Position numbers and translations under genes: made by a program. From positions 1 to 64,000 of the forward strand of contig JAHLWR010000005.1 of NCBI GenBank assembly GCA_019057815.1: a DNA stretch of 64,000 nucleotides, read 5' to 3'. The notes under the pieces were generated by a model. The model searched no databases and was not told where the DNA came from. It saw nothing but the letters and a program-made list of their open reading frames with translations. Shown here piece after piece: positions 9,883 to 20,381 of the stretch. Source of the DNA: Candidatus Heimdallarchaeota archaeon (lineage in GTDB: Archaea > Asgardarchaeota > Heimdallarchaeia > Heimdallarchaeales > Heimdallarchaeaceae). How positions within the stretch are numbered: position 1 is the stretch's first letter; each line of letters starts with the position of its first letter.

Positions 9883-11325
9883 ATGACAACAGAAAAATCT
9901 TTTGCGACGAGAGAGTTCAAAACAGTAACTGAAGTTTCCGGACCTCTGTTATTTGTTGATTTGCATGAAAAGGGAGGCGTTTCATATGGTGAGATTGCTG
10001 AAATAGAAACTGTCACTGGAGAAAGAAGGAAAGGTCAAGTTTTAGATGTATCAAATAAATTGGCGATTTTGCAAGTTTTTGAAGGTACTACAGGGTTAGA
10101 GACAAAAAATACTTCTGTTAGATTCCTTGGAAAGACAATGGAAATTGGTGTTAGTAAAGATATGCTTGGTCGTATTTTTAATGGGCGCGGTGAGCTTATT
10201 GACGGTGGAGGTACAATAATTCCAGAGAAGATTCTTGATATTACAGGTTCACCTATAAATCCATCAGCACGCGAATATCCAAAAGAATTTATCCAAACAG
10301 GGATTTCTACAATAGATACACTTCTTACATTAGTTAGAGGACAAAAACTTCCACTTTTCTCAGGTTCAGGATTACCTCATAATATGTTAGCAGCTCAGAT
10401 AGCCCGACAAGCAAAAGTACTAAAAGCGGAAGAAGAATTTGCTGTTGTGTTTGTAGCAATGGGAATCACAGCAGATGAAGCACGTTTCTTCAGAGACGAT
10501 TTTGAAGCAACAGGAGCTCTTGAACGAGCAGTCTTGTTTTTGAATCTTGCTGATGACCCAGCAATAGAACGTATACTTACCCCAAGACTCGCCCTAACTA
10601 CAGCGGAACATCTAGCATTTGATCACGGTTACCAAGTACTTGTAATATTAACAGATATTACATCTTATGCTGAATCTCTTCGAGAGATTGCAGCAGCTCG
10701 AAGTGAAGTACCCTCTAGACGAGGTTATCCAGGTTACATGTACTCAGACTTTTCAACAATTTATGAAAGAGCGGGGCGCATACATGGGAAAGAAGGCAGT
10801 ATTACTCAAATTCCAATTTTAACTCTCCCGAATTACGATATTACACATCCAGTACCTGATTTGACTGGTTACATCACAGAAGGTCAGATATTTGTAGACG
10901 TAGGCTTAAACAGGAAAGGACTATATCCTCCAATTAATCCATTACCTAGTTTATCTAGACTCATGAAAGACACCATAGGGAAAGGTTCCACTCGTGATGA
11001 TCACAAATATGTGCAAGATCAGTTGTACGCCCTATATGCAACAGGGAGAGATCTTCGTGATCTCGTAGCGGTAGTTGGAGACGAATCTCTTACAGAAACA
11101 GATAAGCAAATTCTAAAATTCGCAGAACTCTTCGAGGATAAATTCATTAATCAAGATTATCATGAAAACAGAACTATCTTCCAATCACTTGATTTAGGGT
11201 GGGAATTATTAGCTATATTCGAAGACCCATACAAAGTTCTCAAACGTATTCCTGCAGAAATAATTGATAAATTTCACCCAGAAAAAAGAGATCAAAAAGT
11301 AGATTTCAACAGTGTTGATGTCTAA
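9883..11325 (+). CDS. atpB: A/V-type ATP synthase subunit B
   Basis: [36 protein letters not shown]. Confidence 0.98.
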   Translation: MTTEKSFATREFKTVTEVSGPLLFVDLHEKGGVSYGEIAEIETVTGERRKGQVLDVSNKLAILQVFEGTTGLETKNTSVRFLGKTMEIGVSKDMLGRIFNGRGELIDGGGTIIPEKILDITGSPINPSAREYPKEFIQTGISTIDTLLTLVRGQKLPLFSGSGLPHNMLAAQIARQAKVLKAEEEFAVVFVAMGITADEARFFRDDFEATGALERAVLFLNLADDPAIERILTPRLALTTAEHLAFDHGYQVLVILTDITSYAESLREIAAARSEVPSRRGYPGYMYSDFSTIYERAGRIHGKEGSITQIPILTLPNYDITHPVPDLTGYITEGQIFVDVGLNRKGLYPPINPLPSLSRLMKDTIGKGSTRDDHKYVQDQLYALYATGRDLRDLVAVVGDESLTETDKQILKFAELFEDKFINQDYHENRTIFQSLDLGWELLAIFEDPYKVLKRIPAEIIDKFHPEKRDQKVDFNSVDV

Positions 11326-11334
11326 TTATCTTTT

Positions 11335-12096
11335 TTATTTTATTACTACGGCTTTTATTTTACCTGTTATCACAAAATTTTTCACTTTTGGAACAAATAC
11401 TTGTTGATCGATCTGAATTGCATAATCGATATCGCTAGCAAATCCCATTTCAGCCAATTTAATAGCATTTGGTGAATTTTTAAGTGCTAAAGATATATCA
11501 GAATTGGTTTCAAGCAAGTGTTTCGTCTTAAGATAAAACTCTCCCTTACTGCTATCAATTAATGGGGAGTATTGGAGTACTTTATCCAAGATTAATTTAC
11601 TAGTCACCCAATCTTCAACAACATAGATATTAGAATCATAAAAATAGCCTGAAGGTATAACATAGACATTCAAGTGTTCTTTTTTTGCCAAAGATGCTGC
11701 CACTTTTGCTACAGAAGTCAAATTAACTAAAGAACCTATCAAAACATGTTTTACATTTTCAAGAAGTAAAAAAGTTTTAGCTCCGCTTGTGGAGGTAAAT
11801 ATTACTTCATCATTATTAAAATGCATATCACTGAAAATGGAAGGATTATTTCCATAATCAAATCCATCAATTTTTAACCCTTCTTCTTCACCAATTAGAA
11901 GGCTTTTATGTGCGTATTTTTTGTGTAGTATTTTTGCATTTTCCCCATTCGCAACAACATAGATTCTCTTGACACCAACACCCATTAACGTTGTTATTGA
12001 TGTAGTAGCGCGAAAAGTGTCAACAACAACACATACCGAATTATAATCTATTTGTTTCTTTTTTATCATTTCTGGCGTAAGGATTCTAACAAGCAT
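11335..12096 (-). CDS. comB: 2-phosphosulfolactate phosphatase (ComB family)
   Basis: VVDTFRATTSI, GEEEG...FDYGNNP, FTSTSG, EDW. Confidence 0.85.
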   Translation of the reverse strand: MLVRILTPEMIKKKQIDYNSVCVVVDTFRATTSITTLMGVGVKRIYVVANGENAKILHKKYAHKSLLIGEEEGLKIDGFDYGNNPSIFSDMHFNNDEVIFTSTSGAKTFLLLENVKHVLIGSLVNLTSVAKVAASLAKKEHLNVYVIPSGYFYDSNIYVVEDWVTSKLILDKVLQYSPLIDSSKGEFYLKTKHLLETNSDISLALKNSPNAIKLAEMGFASDIDYAIQIDQQVFVPKVKNFVITGKIKAVVIK

Positions 12097-12225
12097 TACT
12101 CAATACGTATGTTACTTATTTTTATCAGTTTTGTAGAAAAGATGTCAACCGAAAACATTGGTCACAAATTTTTTAATTAGAATAGTTGGAGAAATATTTG
12201 GGATAACTCAAAGAATACTTCTAAT

Positions 12226-12302
12226 GGTCGGATGGCCAAGCTTGGTAAGGTGCCAGGTTCGGGATCTGGTGATCGCGAGTTCAAATCTCGCTCCGGCCAC
12301 CA
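12226..12302 (+). tRNA. tRNA-Pro(CGG), CCA encoded
   Basis: Acceptor GGTCGGA/TCCGGCC, anticodon arm CCAGG-TTCGGGA-TCTGG, T-arm GCGAG-TTCAAAT-CTCGC, ACCA end. Confidence 0.93.
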
Positions 12303-12314
12303 CATTTTTCATTA

Positions 12315-12824
12315 CTAGTCTATTGGAATACACTTTTTGTATTTACCTCTTGCGTACGTAAGCAAGTTAGGATATGATTTTCCCTTCCACTCTTCATCAA
12401 TATGAAGAGCAACAACTTTACCAAGGAACATATCGTGAGTACCAAGTTCTATTATCGTTTCTACTTTGCACTCGATGTTCACTGGGCACTCATCAATTCC
12501 AGGAGCGTTTACCTCCTTGCTTTTTTTCTTTGTGAATTCACAGACTGCCCATTTATCAATATCAGCACCTGACTTAGTTCCACAGATTTTCACTTGCTCT
12601 AGCATTTCTGCTGTTGGAATGTTTACAACAAATTCATTTGATTGTTTTATTAAATTGTGAGAATATCTGGAGTTTCGTATTGCAATACTAACTATTGGAG
12701 GATCTGAGCAACATGTTCCTCCCCAAGAGAGAGTTACTATAGTTTCTTTACTCTCATATTCAGCTGAAACTAGCAGAACAGGATTTGGATAAAGCGCAGA
12801 ATTAATAATGTCTTCAACTTTCAT
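12315..12824 (-). CDS. Flavin reductase family protein (flavoredoxin-like)
   Basis: LYPNPVLLVS, FVVNIP, CGTKSG, ECPVNIEC, GTHDMFLG. Confidence 0.92.
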   Translation of the reverse strand: MKVEDIINSALYPNPVLLVSAEYESKETIVTLSWGGTCCSDPPIVSIAIRNSRYSHNLIKQSNEFVVNIPTAEMLEQVKICGTKSGADIDKWAVCEFTKKKSKEVNAPGIDECPVNIECKVETIIELGTHDMFLGKVVALHIDEEWKGKSYPNLLTYARGKYKKCIPID

Positions 12825-13037
12825 ATCATCACAGCTTTTATTTCACTCCTAAATCGTTAAAATAAATACTTTGTTCCTAAAAATTCTTTTAGTATGAAAA
12901 CAAATTATTGGTGTTTTATATATTCATTTCGTACTATTCAGAGGAAAATGCTGTTTCAATTATCCAAGAGGCGTTTAGCGATATGTTTGCAAAATATAAT
13001 AAGAAACTTATAAAAAGGGTTTTGAACAATAGATAAA

Positions 13038-13586
13038 TTAAGCTTCACCAAGTTTTTCGGTTGATTTCATCAATTCACCAATATTTGAAGGCGTAAAGAA
13101 TCCATCAAAATTTCCATACCTTTGAATGTATTCGACTATATGATTTGCTGTTTCAGTTGGTATGGTGAAAATCTGCTTAATGCCTTCTTTCTCGCTACCT
13201 ATAATATTATTAGTTGTGAATTTTACGCCTTGTGATTTCTGAATTTTTACAACTCTTTCTATATCCCTAACAAGATAAGCAAGATGGTGAATCCTTCCTC
13301 CATATTTCTTAACATATTTTTCAACAATTGAATCATCTGTTAATCCTTCACTTACAACTATTACAGGTAAGGTATCATGAAGTTTAACACTGCTTGTAAT
13401 GGCGTTCATAGATTTTACTATGAATGATTTGTACTCAATATAAGAAACTAGATTGGCTAATTCAGCAATTGTTTTTTTTCTGTCACCTTTCTTGACACGA
13501 TAAGCTATATGATCAAGTTTGATTATCAAATCACCTAAATCTGTTTTTTCAACTTCCTTTTGTATTAATACCAAATCTGAAGTCAT
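13038..13586 (-). CDS. VOC/glyoxalase-superfamily protein (HPPD/methylmalonyl-CoA epimerase-like)
   Basis: LDHIAYRV, GGRIHHLAY, QIFT, EYIQR, GFF; start refined to MTSDLV. Confidence 0.8.
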   Translation of the reverse strand: MTSDLVLIQKEVEKTDLGDLIIKLDHIAYRVKKGDRKKTIAELANLVSYIEYKSFIVKSMNAITSSVKLHDTLPVIVVSEGLTDDSIVEKYVKKYGGRIHHLAYLVRDIERVVKIQKSQGVKFTTNNIIGSEKEGIKQIFTIPTETANHIVEYIQRYGNFDGFFTPSNIGELMKSTEKLGEA

Positions 13587-13801
13587 TTCACCACACCCTA
13601 AGATTGAGTATTTGACTGTAGAAGTATTTACTAATAAAACTTTATCTAAATAATAAGTTTCAAATATTGTAGAAAAATTTGAAGGAGTAACTAACAACTA
13701 AGTAGCTGATAAAGAGTGGTATAGGTTAGTTATTCTACATAAGGAACTTTATTCTAAAGAACAAGTTTTTATTTGAAAAACCATAATGTTCTCTGAAAAT
13801 A

Positions 13802-14488
13802 ATGGATATAGATGAGATTTTAAACAATTTAAAAGCGCTATCCAATTCAGAAAATATAGAAGGTATGGCTAAATTCGGGATAAATCCTGAGAAGGTTTAT
13901 GGAGTTAAAATACCGGTCTTACGTAAGATGGCAAAAGAAATAGGCAAAAATCACGATCTTGCACACAAATTATGGAACTTAGGAATCAGAGAAACTATGA
14001 TTTTGGCTACAATGGTTGAAGAACCTTCTCTTGTTACAGAGGAACAAGTTGAAGAATGGGTAACGTCATCTGATTTTAACTATTGGGAAATTGTTGATCA
14101 AAGTTGTATGAATCTTTTTGATAAAACAAGTTTTGCTTATGATAAATGTTTAAAATGGACAAAGAGAGAAGAAGAATTCATAAAGAGAGCAGGTTTTGCA
14201 TTAATAGCGAGACTGGCGTGGAGAGATGAAAAAGCAGATAATAGTTTCTTTGAGAGCTTACTCCCTATAATTGAAAGAGAATCAACTGATGATCGGAATA
14301 ATGTAAAAAAAGCTGTGAATTGGGCACTAAGGCAGATAGGAAAAAGAAATAAGCATCTCAATAGGGAAGCAATCAGTGTGGCGAGAAGAATCGAACAACT
14401 TGATTCAAAAACCGCAAAATGGGTTTCCAAAGACGCATTAAAGGAATTAACTAGTCATAAAATTCAAAAAAGATTGAAAAATAACTGA
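13802..14488 (+). CDS. DNA alkylation repair protein (AlkD-like HEAT-repeat glycosylase)
   Basis: YGVKIPVLRK, WEIVD, VKKAVNWALRQIGKRN. Confidence 0.9.
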   Translation: MDIDEILNNLKALSNSENIEGMAKFGINPEKVYGVKIPVLRKMAKEIGKNHDLAHKLWNLGIRETMILATMVEEPSLVTEEQVEEWVTSSDFNYWEIVDQSCMNLFDKTSFAYDKCLKWTKREEEFIKRAGFALIARLAWRDEKADNSFFESLLPIIERESTDDRNNVKKAVNWALRQIGKRNKHLNREAISVARRIEQLDSKTAKWVSKDALKELTSHKIQKRLKNN

Positions 14489-14502
14489 AATAAATTCTTT
14501 TG

Positions 14503-15120
14503 TTATTTTCCAAGTTTTTTATTTACTATTTGCGCTGTTTTCTTTTTTATTTCTTCCAGTTCGACTATTTTTACATTTAATACTGCTTTTAATTGGTTGT
14601 TATCAAAAGCTTCAAGTCTTTCTTCGCATTTGGCACAAACAAAATTACTATCCATCGCATCTTTAAAAATAACTCTTGGACATTCAGGGTTACTACAAGT
14701 AAAGAACATATTAGAATCTTCATATTCCAATCTTGATTTTAATTTATTCAATACTTCGTTTTGTTTCTTTTCTACTAGAAAATCTATCCGTTCAGGATGT
14801 AAAATCCAAAAATAAACAAACCACCCTGTTGATTTATCTCGTATCCTTCGAAAAGTTGCTAGTTGAAGATCGTATAGTTTGTAGAGGGATTTTCTCACTT
14901 GGTTTAAGCGCATATCCAGTTTTTCTGATATCTCCTCATCTGTGGTTTCTTCTTCTGAATTCAACAACACCAGAGTTACTTGTTTAACTTCTTCTCCACA
15001 GATATCTTCTACAACTTCTATTAGTGTTTGTCTTTGTCGTTCGGAGATATTAATTTTGGATGACATTTTTGTAGAGTTTTTTCTCTCATCATCATATTCA
15101 TTTATTTCACCACTTGCCAT
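14503..15120 (-). CDS. tfe: Transcription factor E (TFE alpha)
   Basis: TDEEIS..L, VRKSLYKLY, RDKSTGWFVYFW, Zn ribbon C..C...FVCAKC. Confidence 0.93.
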   Translation of the reverse strand: MASGEINEYDDERKNSTKMSSKINISERQRQTLIEVVEDICGEEVKQVTLVLLNSEEETTDEEISEKLDMRLNQVRKSLYKLYDLQLATFRRIRDKSTGWFVYFWILHPERIDFLVEKKQNEVLNKLKSRLEYEDSNMFFTCSNPECPRVIFKDAMDSNFVCAKCEERLEAFDNNQLKAVLNVKIVELEEIKKKTAQIVNKKLGK

Positions 15121-15307
15121 TGTGACCCCTAGATATTTATGATAGCAACGCTGAGCTCCATTATTATTGCCAAATCATCATTCTTTAACTTTACCTTCTA
15201 GCAGTCTATTCAATATCTATCCACATTTTATGAAAAAACCTCGTACAGTGTTAATCAGTTGAGTAAAACACAAAACCACAAATAAGAGAAGCATAATTGT
15301 TTGTATA

Positions 15308-16486
15308 ATGAGCATTGTGAAGGAAAAAACAGACCAAGCCATAAAGATATTGAAAGAATTAGATGTAGATTTGTGGTTGACTTATGTCCGTAAGACGTCT
15401 GAAATTATGGATCCATGTTTATATTTTCTTACTGATGAATCATGGTTTACTTGGGAAACAGCCTTTGTAATCACAAAAAAAGGCGAGAGGGTTGCAATTT
15501 GTGGGCGTTATGATGTTCCCAATGTTAACAAAAACATTTATGAGAAAATAATAGGCTATGATATAAGCATTAGAGAGCCTTTACATGGGGTTCTGAATGG
15601 GCTAAATCCACAAGTTATAGCTGTAAACTACTCTATTGACAACATTGCTGCTGATGGTTTAACTCATGGTATGTGGTTGAGGCTAAACAAACTCCTTGAA
15701 GGAACTAATTATGCAAAGATATTAATTTCGTCAGAGAAAATCCTTGGAGCACTACGAGGTAGAAAAACTCCTTCAGAATTGGCATTGATTAAAGAAGCTA
15801 TAAAAATTAGCCAAGAAGGGCATCTGAAAATAACTGAAAAAATTAAGCTAGGTATGACAGAAAAAGACATTGAAAAGATTCTAATGGAACACACAATGCA
15901 AAAAAATGTGAAGGTTTCCTATCCTCCATTAATTAATGTTGGCTCAGATACAGCAATAGGTCATGGGAGAGGTTTATCTCATATTAAAGTAAAGCAGGGA
16001 GACTTAATCAATATAGATTATGGCGTGTTTTATCAAGGGTATGCATCAGATATCCAACGATTATGCTATGCACTGCGTGATGGAGAAAATGAACCACCAG
16101 AAGAAATTAAAAAAGCATTTCAAACAGTCGTAGAAGCTATTACAAAAAGTTCAGAGGCTCTAAGACCAAGTGTAATGGGTTGGGAAGTAGATTCAATAGC
16201 TAGAAAGATAGTGACAGATGGTGGATATCCTGAATTCATGCATGCGTTAGGACATCAAATCGGAAGAAATGTCCATGATGGGGGTTGTTTACTTGGACCA
16301 AAATGGGAGAAATATGGACAATTACCATTTATGAAAGTGGAAGAAGGACAAGTATTCACACTAGAATTACATGTTTTTTTGGAAAATCACGGATTTTGCG
16401 GTTTGGAGGAAGATGTGTTAGTAACAGTAGAAGGATGTCAATTTTTATCTGATCGTCAAACTGAACTAAAACTGCTAAAATTTTAA
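15308..16486 (+). CDS. Xaa-Pro peptidase (M24 family)
   Basis: Metal ligands D-D-H-E-E (IDYG, YASD, GHQIG, ELH, EED). Confidence 0.92.
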   Translation: MSIVKEKTDQAIKILKELDVDLWLTYVRKTSEIMDPCLYFLTDESWFTWETAFVITKKGERVAICGRYDVPNVNKNIYEKIIGYDISIREPLHGVLNGLNPQVIAVNYSIDNIAADGLTHGMWLRLNKLLEGTNYAKILISSEKILGALRGRKTPSELALIKEAIKISQEGHLKITEKIKLGMTEKDIEKILMEHTMQKNVKVSYPPLINVGSDTAIGHGRGLSHIKVKQGDLINIDYGVFYQGYASDIQRLCYALRDGENEPPEEIKKAFQTVVEAITKSSEALRPSVMGWEVDSIARKIVTDGGYPEFMHALGHQIGRNVHDGGCLLGPKWEKYGQLPFMKVEEGQVFTLELHVFLENHGFCGLEEDVLVTVEGCQFLSDRQTELKLLKF

Positions 16487-16583
16487 TTGAAACAATTTCA
16501 TTTACTTCATCATCAATTTTTGTTTTAGGCAAAATCAATGTTTTGTAAAAACAGTGATAAGTGTTTGATACACAATAGGTTTA

Positions 16584-17846
16584 ATGAGAAAACTAATCAG
16601 TATATTCATTGTGCTTAGTTTAACTACAATTATCAATCAAGCACATGTTAACCTAAATTCAGTGATTATACAAGAACAAACCAATCCCGTTGAAACGTAT
16701 GCTATTCTTTTTGACCAATTTCCACAAGAAATCGATAATGTTACATATTGTTCTGCTATTGAGTTTAAACAAGAACTTGTCAACTTAGGGTGGTTAGAAG
16801 AAAATGTTTCCTTATTTTTGGGTGAGGAAAATATGACAAAAAATATTATACTCAATCAACTTAATTTTTTAGAACAAAATGTTGACGATAATGACCTTGT
16901 TTTCATATTTCTAATGGCTCATGGTAATACATATTGTGCGGATGTTCTTGAAATGGAAGAATGGTTTCACTTGGAATTTGCAGAAATTCCCACAGATAAC
17001 AAGATTTTTTTCATGGAATCTTGCCACTCAGGTAGGTTTGTAAGTAATTTATATGGTCGCTGTTTTGCCATGGGAAGTGTGTCAAGTGAAGAGTATGCTA
17101 TTGGCTACCTAGACACTAGTAATTGGAGTTTAAGTGAACCTCCATTCGTTGGCGGAATATCGGCTCATTTTTGGGCAAAGACACTAGGTAATTTAGAAGC
17201 GGATGTATACGCGGATGGAGTTGTAAAATTGAATGAATTGTACCAATATTCGCTCCCCTTAATTAGGAATTGTTATGATGAAACATTCGAAAACTCAGTG
17301 GATTTATCAGAGTTCATCCAGACAAATGTTGGTTACATTACAAACTATCCCAGACCAGTTTTAGTTGACAATCTTCCCTATGAATTAACGCTTAATGCAA
17401 CAGAATTTATACTAAACAATGAAAAATATCAATGGGAAGAAGATATTAATCCACCACTGATTACATGTTTAAACACCATTCCCTACGACGAACAAAATAG
17501 CTCTATAAATGTCAAATTCACCATAACAGAAATATCAAGTCACAATTATTATTGTTATCTTAATGGAAGTTTGAAAAACCAAGGAAATAAACCAAAGGGA
17601 GGAGATCTCACCTGGGAGTACACATATACTCTTTACTTACAACCAGGTAATGATTATAATGTATCCTTACTAGTAGTTGACCCGTGGGGAAATCGTGCTT
17701 GGAATCAGACTATTATTTTATTCACGGGAGAAATAAGCAATAATGAACCAGAAAAAAGCAACGTATTACCAATAATCCTAGGAACAGTAGGTGGATTATG
17801 GATAGCTGTTGTTGCAGTGGTTTTTATTATTAAAAGCAGAAAATGA
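16584..17846 (+). CDS. Secreted, C-terminally membrane-anchored clan CD (caspase/C13-like) cysteine peptidase
   Basis: Signal peptide; FIFLMAHG and FFMESCHSG His-Gly/Cys dyad; C-terminal TM followed by KSRK. Confidence 0.75.
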   Translation: MRKLISIFIVLSLTTIINQAHVNLNSVIIQEQTNPVETYAILFDQFPQEIDNVTYCSAIEFKQELVNLGWLEENVSLFLGEENMTKNIILNQLNFLEQNVDDNDLVFIFLMAHGNTYCADVLEMEEWFHLEFAEIPTDNKIFFMESCHSGRFVSNLYGRCFAMGSVSSEEYAIGYLDTSNWSLSEPPFVGGISAHFWAKTLGNLEADVYADGVVKLNELYQYSLPLIRNCYDETFENSVDLSEFIQTNVGYITNYPRPVLVDNLPYELTLNATEFILNNEKYQWEEDINPPLITCLNTIPYDEQNSSINVKFTITEISSHNYYCYLNGSLKNQGNKPKGGDLTWEYTYTLYLQPGNDYNVSLLVVDPWGNRAWNQTIILFTGEISNNEPEKSNVLPIILGTVGGLWIAVVAVVFIIKSRK

Positions 17847-17972
17847 AGAGTAAATTGTTAAACACAGTAATTTTACTACTCAACCAAATATAAAGAAAAA
17901 ATTAAAAAGAGAACATTTATTACCGAATCGCCGCAACCTAATACCAAGACTACAAAATTAACCATAAATTGT

Positions 17973-18125
17973 GCGGGGATAATCAAGCGGTCAATTTGTT
18001 TGCACTGCTGGGCAAACAAGATTATCGATGACGGGCTCAAGATCTGGCGTTTCAGCCGATAAAAAGGGCCGAGGAGACATCCGTTCCTTAGTGGTTCGGG
18101 AGTTCGAATCTCCCTCCCCGCACCA
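17973..18125 (+). tRNA. tRNA-Leu(CAA) with two introns (D-loop ~21/22: 17995-18025; anticodon loop 37/38: 18042-18078)
   Basis: Acceptor GCGGGGA/TCCCCGC+ACCA, variable arm, T-loop TTCGAAT; both inserts form bulge-helix-bulge-like structures. Confidence 0.88.
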
Positions 18126-18188
18126 GAGTCTTTTTTCATTCTCCCGTCAATCAAAAGACATTTAAACCAAATTTTTTCTTTTTCAATC

Positions 18189-18374
18189 ATGTCTAAAATA
18201 CCATATCCAAAAACAAAGTTTCTTAAGGTAAAGTGTTCTAGTTGTAATAACGTTCAAATATTATTTGATTCAGCTAAAACTATCGTAAAATGTACTGTAT
18301 GTGGTGAAGACATAGCTAGACCTCTTGGTGGAAAAGCTAAAATTTTGGGAGAAATTGTTGAAACTCTTTTATGA
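18189..18374 (+). CDS. rps27e: 30S ribosomal protein S27e
   Basis: KFLKVKCSSCNNVQILF...CTVCG...GGKAKI. Confidence 0.97.
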   Translation: MSKIPYPKTKFLKVKCSSCNNVQILFDSAKTIVKCTVCGEDIARPLGGKAKILGEIVETLL

Positions 18375-18376
18375 TT

Positions 18377-18961
18377 TCACTGTTTTATTTCTTTTAAAGC
18401 TATATCTTCAGCTATATCCCTTCTAACTAAACCTATTGCGTTTTCTTTAGGTAATAAACAAACATCTTCAGGTTCAAATGGTCCATAAATATTTCCATCT
18501 AATCCAGTTATCTTTTCTTTTGTTTTCTTTACAATTCTAATAGCAACATATTCAATACTATCTCCCGCTTCATCTGAATCTTCATCCAAAATCTTACCAA
18601 TATCGGTATACGCTACATCTTTAGGAGAAAAAATTTCTTTTCTATATACACCATAAATTGCTTTCAATCTTTGGTAGAAGTTTATTTCCTCTCGAGCTAG
18701 ATTAACCTTTACTTCATCCCCACGTATCACTAATCGAATAATTTTCATAGAACGAATTTTAATTAAATCATTAACTACAAACTTTATTCGCCCTAAATGC
18801 GCCTCTAAAACAGTTTTAATAAGAGGGTTTATCTGCTCTTTGGCCTTCTTAGTCCTTTTTTTCAGATCATCTCTCATAACACTGTAAAAATCAATGTTCA
18901 TAGGCAATATTTTAGTACCGTCTCGTTCCCGTTTCCATAAATCAAAGATTTTGTCTATCAC
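18377..18961 (-). CDS. DNA replication GINS complex subunit (Gins15/Gins51)
   Basis: Helical A-domain (R..KI, LAREE) plus B-domain GLDGNIYGPFEPEDV..LPKENA; downstream of PCNA. Confidence 0.85.
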   Translation of the reverse strand: MIDKIFDLWKRERDGTKILPMNIDFYSVMRDDLKKRTKKAKEQINPLIKTVLEAHLGRIKFVVNDLIKIRSMKIIRLVIRGDEVKVNLAREEINFYQRLKAIYGVYRKEIFSPKDVAYTDIGKILDEDSDEAGDSIEYVAIRIVKKTKEKITGLDGNIYGPFEPEDVCLLPKENAIGLVRRDIAEDIALKEIKQ

Positions 18962-19000
18962 TAATTACCCTCAATCTTGGTTTTAGAAAAGTAAAGCGTT

Positions 19001-19807
19001 TTAGTTACTTTCATAATCATCATAATCATCTATGACTTCGCTTTCTTCTATTCTTGGAGCTACAAAGTAGATTAAGTGTCCTTTATCTTCTATATCATAG
19101 ACTATCCGAAGAGGTTGTTCCTGGCTAAAAGATAGTTTCACAGAGTCAGAAGATCTTATTCCTTTCACGAAATTAGCTAAGAAATCAAGAGAGTACACTG
19201 ATTCTGATTCGTCCACAACATTATAAGCATCGGTTCCCATTTCTTCACTGATTGGTTCAATGTAAGTACTCATCTCCTTTGTATCACTTTCTGCGCTGAA
19301 AGTAACACCATCAGGATTAGCCTTTACTCTAAGATAATCACTTATCATCTCTGCATCCTTTATCACTTGTTGAAGAAAAGTTGCTTTAATTTCAAAATTA
19401 GCATCAAAATCTATGTGTATTGTATCAGGAATGGTCCCTTCTTCATGAATATCAATTAAAGACAAAGCAAATTCTCTTTTCTGGTTTTTCCCTAAAAATA
19501 TCACTTCAAATCTTTTTGTTTTATCATTAAGTGACATTTTTAAGTGTTCAGTTGTTTTTGCTGTTTTGAGAATAGAATTTAGTGTTTCCAAACTTAAACC
19601 AATAGAAGCTGGATCATCAACTTCATACTTGTTAAAAGCTTCTTTTTTCATAAAAAAGTCAATCATTGAAATTCTCGTCGCATCAAAAGCTTTAATTCTA
19701 ATCCCATCTTCAGAGACTTTAAAATTGCTTTCTGAAACAATTGAACTTATTACAGAACTAAGGTTAGCCATTAATTTTGCATCTTCTAATAATAAATTAA
19801 AAGTCAT
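19001..19807 (-). CDS. pcn: Proliferating cell nuclear antigen (sliding clamp)
   Basis: AFDATRISMID, YSLDFL, QPLRI, YFVAPRIEE. Confidence 0.96.
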   Translation of the reverse strand: MTFNLLLEDAKLMANLSSVISSIVSESNFKVSEDGIRIKAFDATRISMIDFFMKKEAFNKYEVDDPASIGLSLETLNSILKTAKTTEHLKMSLNDKTKRFEVIFLGKNQKREFALSLIDIHEEGTIPDTIHIDFDANFEIKATFLQQVIKDAEMISDYLRVKANPDGVTFSAESDTKEMSTYIEPISEEMGTDAYNVVDESESVYSLDFLANFVKGIRSSDSVKLSFSQEQPLRIVYDIEDKGHLIYFVAPRIEESEVIDDYDDYESN

Positions 19808-19921
19808 CTTAATACCCCTATTACTACATTATGATATTAATAAACAATTATATTTCCTTATAGATATTGTCTATCTTTTGTTTTTCATTTCAGTATATAA
19901 GGGAATCGTCAGAGAACTGTA

Positions 19922-20293
19922 TTACTCATTTTCCATTTGCAGATTTCGTTCTAATTCTTGAACTCTATGATATAAGTCAACTTCCACTCCAGACAAATTT
20001 TGAAGAAGAAGAGCTTTCATTGGAGGACTCTGATTTTCATCAAAAAAACCGAATACGCGAATTTGAGACCCTTCTACTATTTCTTTTACTAGCACGTCTT
20101 GAGTCTCTACACTAACTTGACCTGTCCCATCGTTTACTTCTATATTTCCCTCTGATACAGAAACAACTGTTCCTAAAATTTTATATTTACCCAGCTTCAG
20201 CTCTGAAATATTTATCTCTAAAAAGGGTCTCCTACGAAGTGGTTTCTCTTTTTTTTCATTTCCTAACTGGTTTTGAATATTTTTATCCATCAT
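19922..20293 (-). CDS. Small OB-fold protein, RPA14/RPA3-like
   Basis: ILGTVVS...VNDGTG...IRVFG OB pattern and C-terminal helix VDLYHRVQEL; lies between TFS and PCNA. Confidence 0.65.
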   Translation of the reverse strand: MMDKNIQNQLGNEKKEKPLRRRPFLEINISELKLGKYKILGTVVSVSEGNIEVNDGTGQVSVETQDVLVKEIVEGSQIRVFGFFDENQSPPMKALLLQNLSGVEVDLYHRVQELERNLQMENE

Positions 20294-20381
20294 TTTTTCT
20301 ATAAACTTTCTATTTAAAATCTTTAGGGATAAGGAGATGCAAACATAAAATGAAGGAAAAATTTGACAAAAAGAGGAGTTT

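Noticed and set aside
11335-12096. comB as evidence of coenzyme M synthesis or methanogenesis
   Set aside because: ComB-family phosphatases are widespread in non-methanogens, and no other com/mcr genes are present
17876-18190. ORFs overlapping tRNA genes (17876-18190; also 12158-12361 and 43539-43733)
   Set aside because: Shadow ORFs produced by GC-rich tRNA sequence
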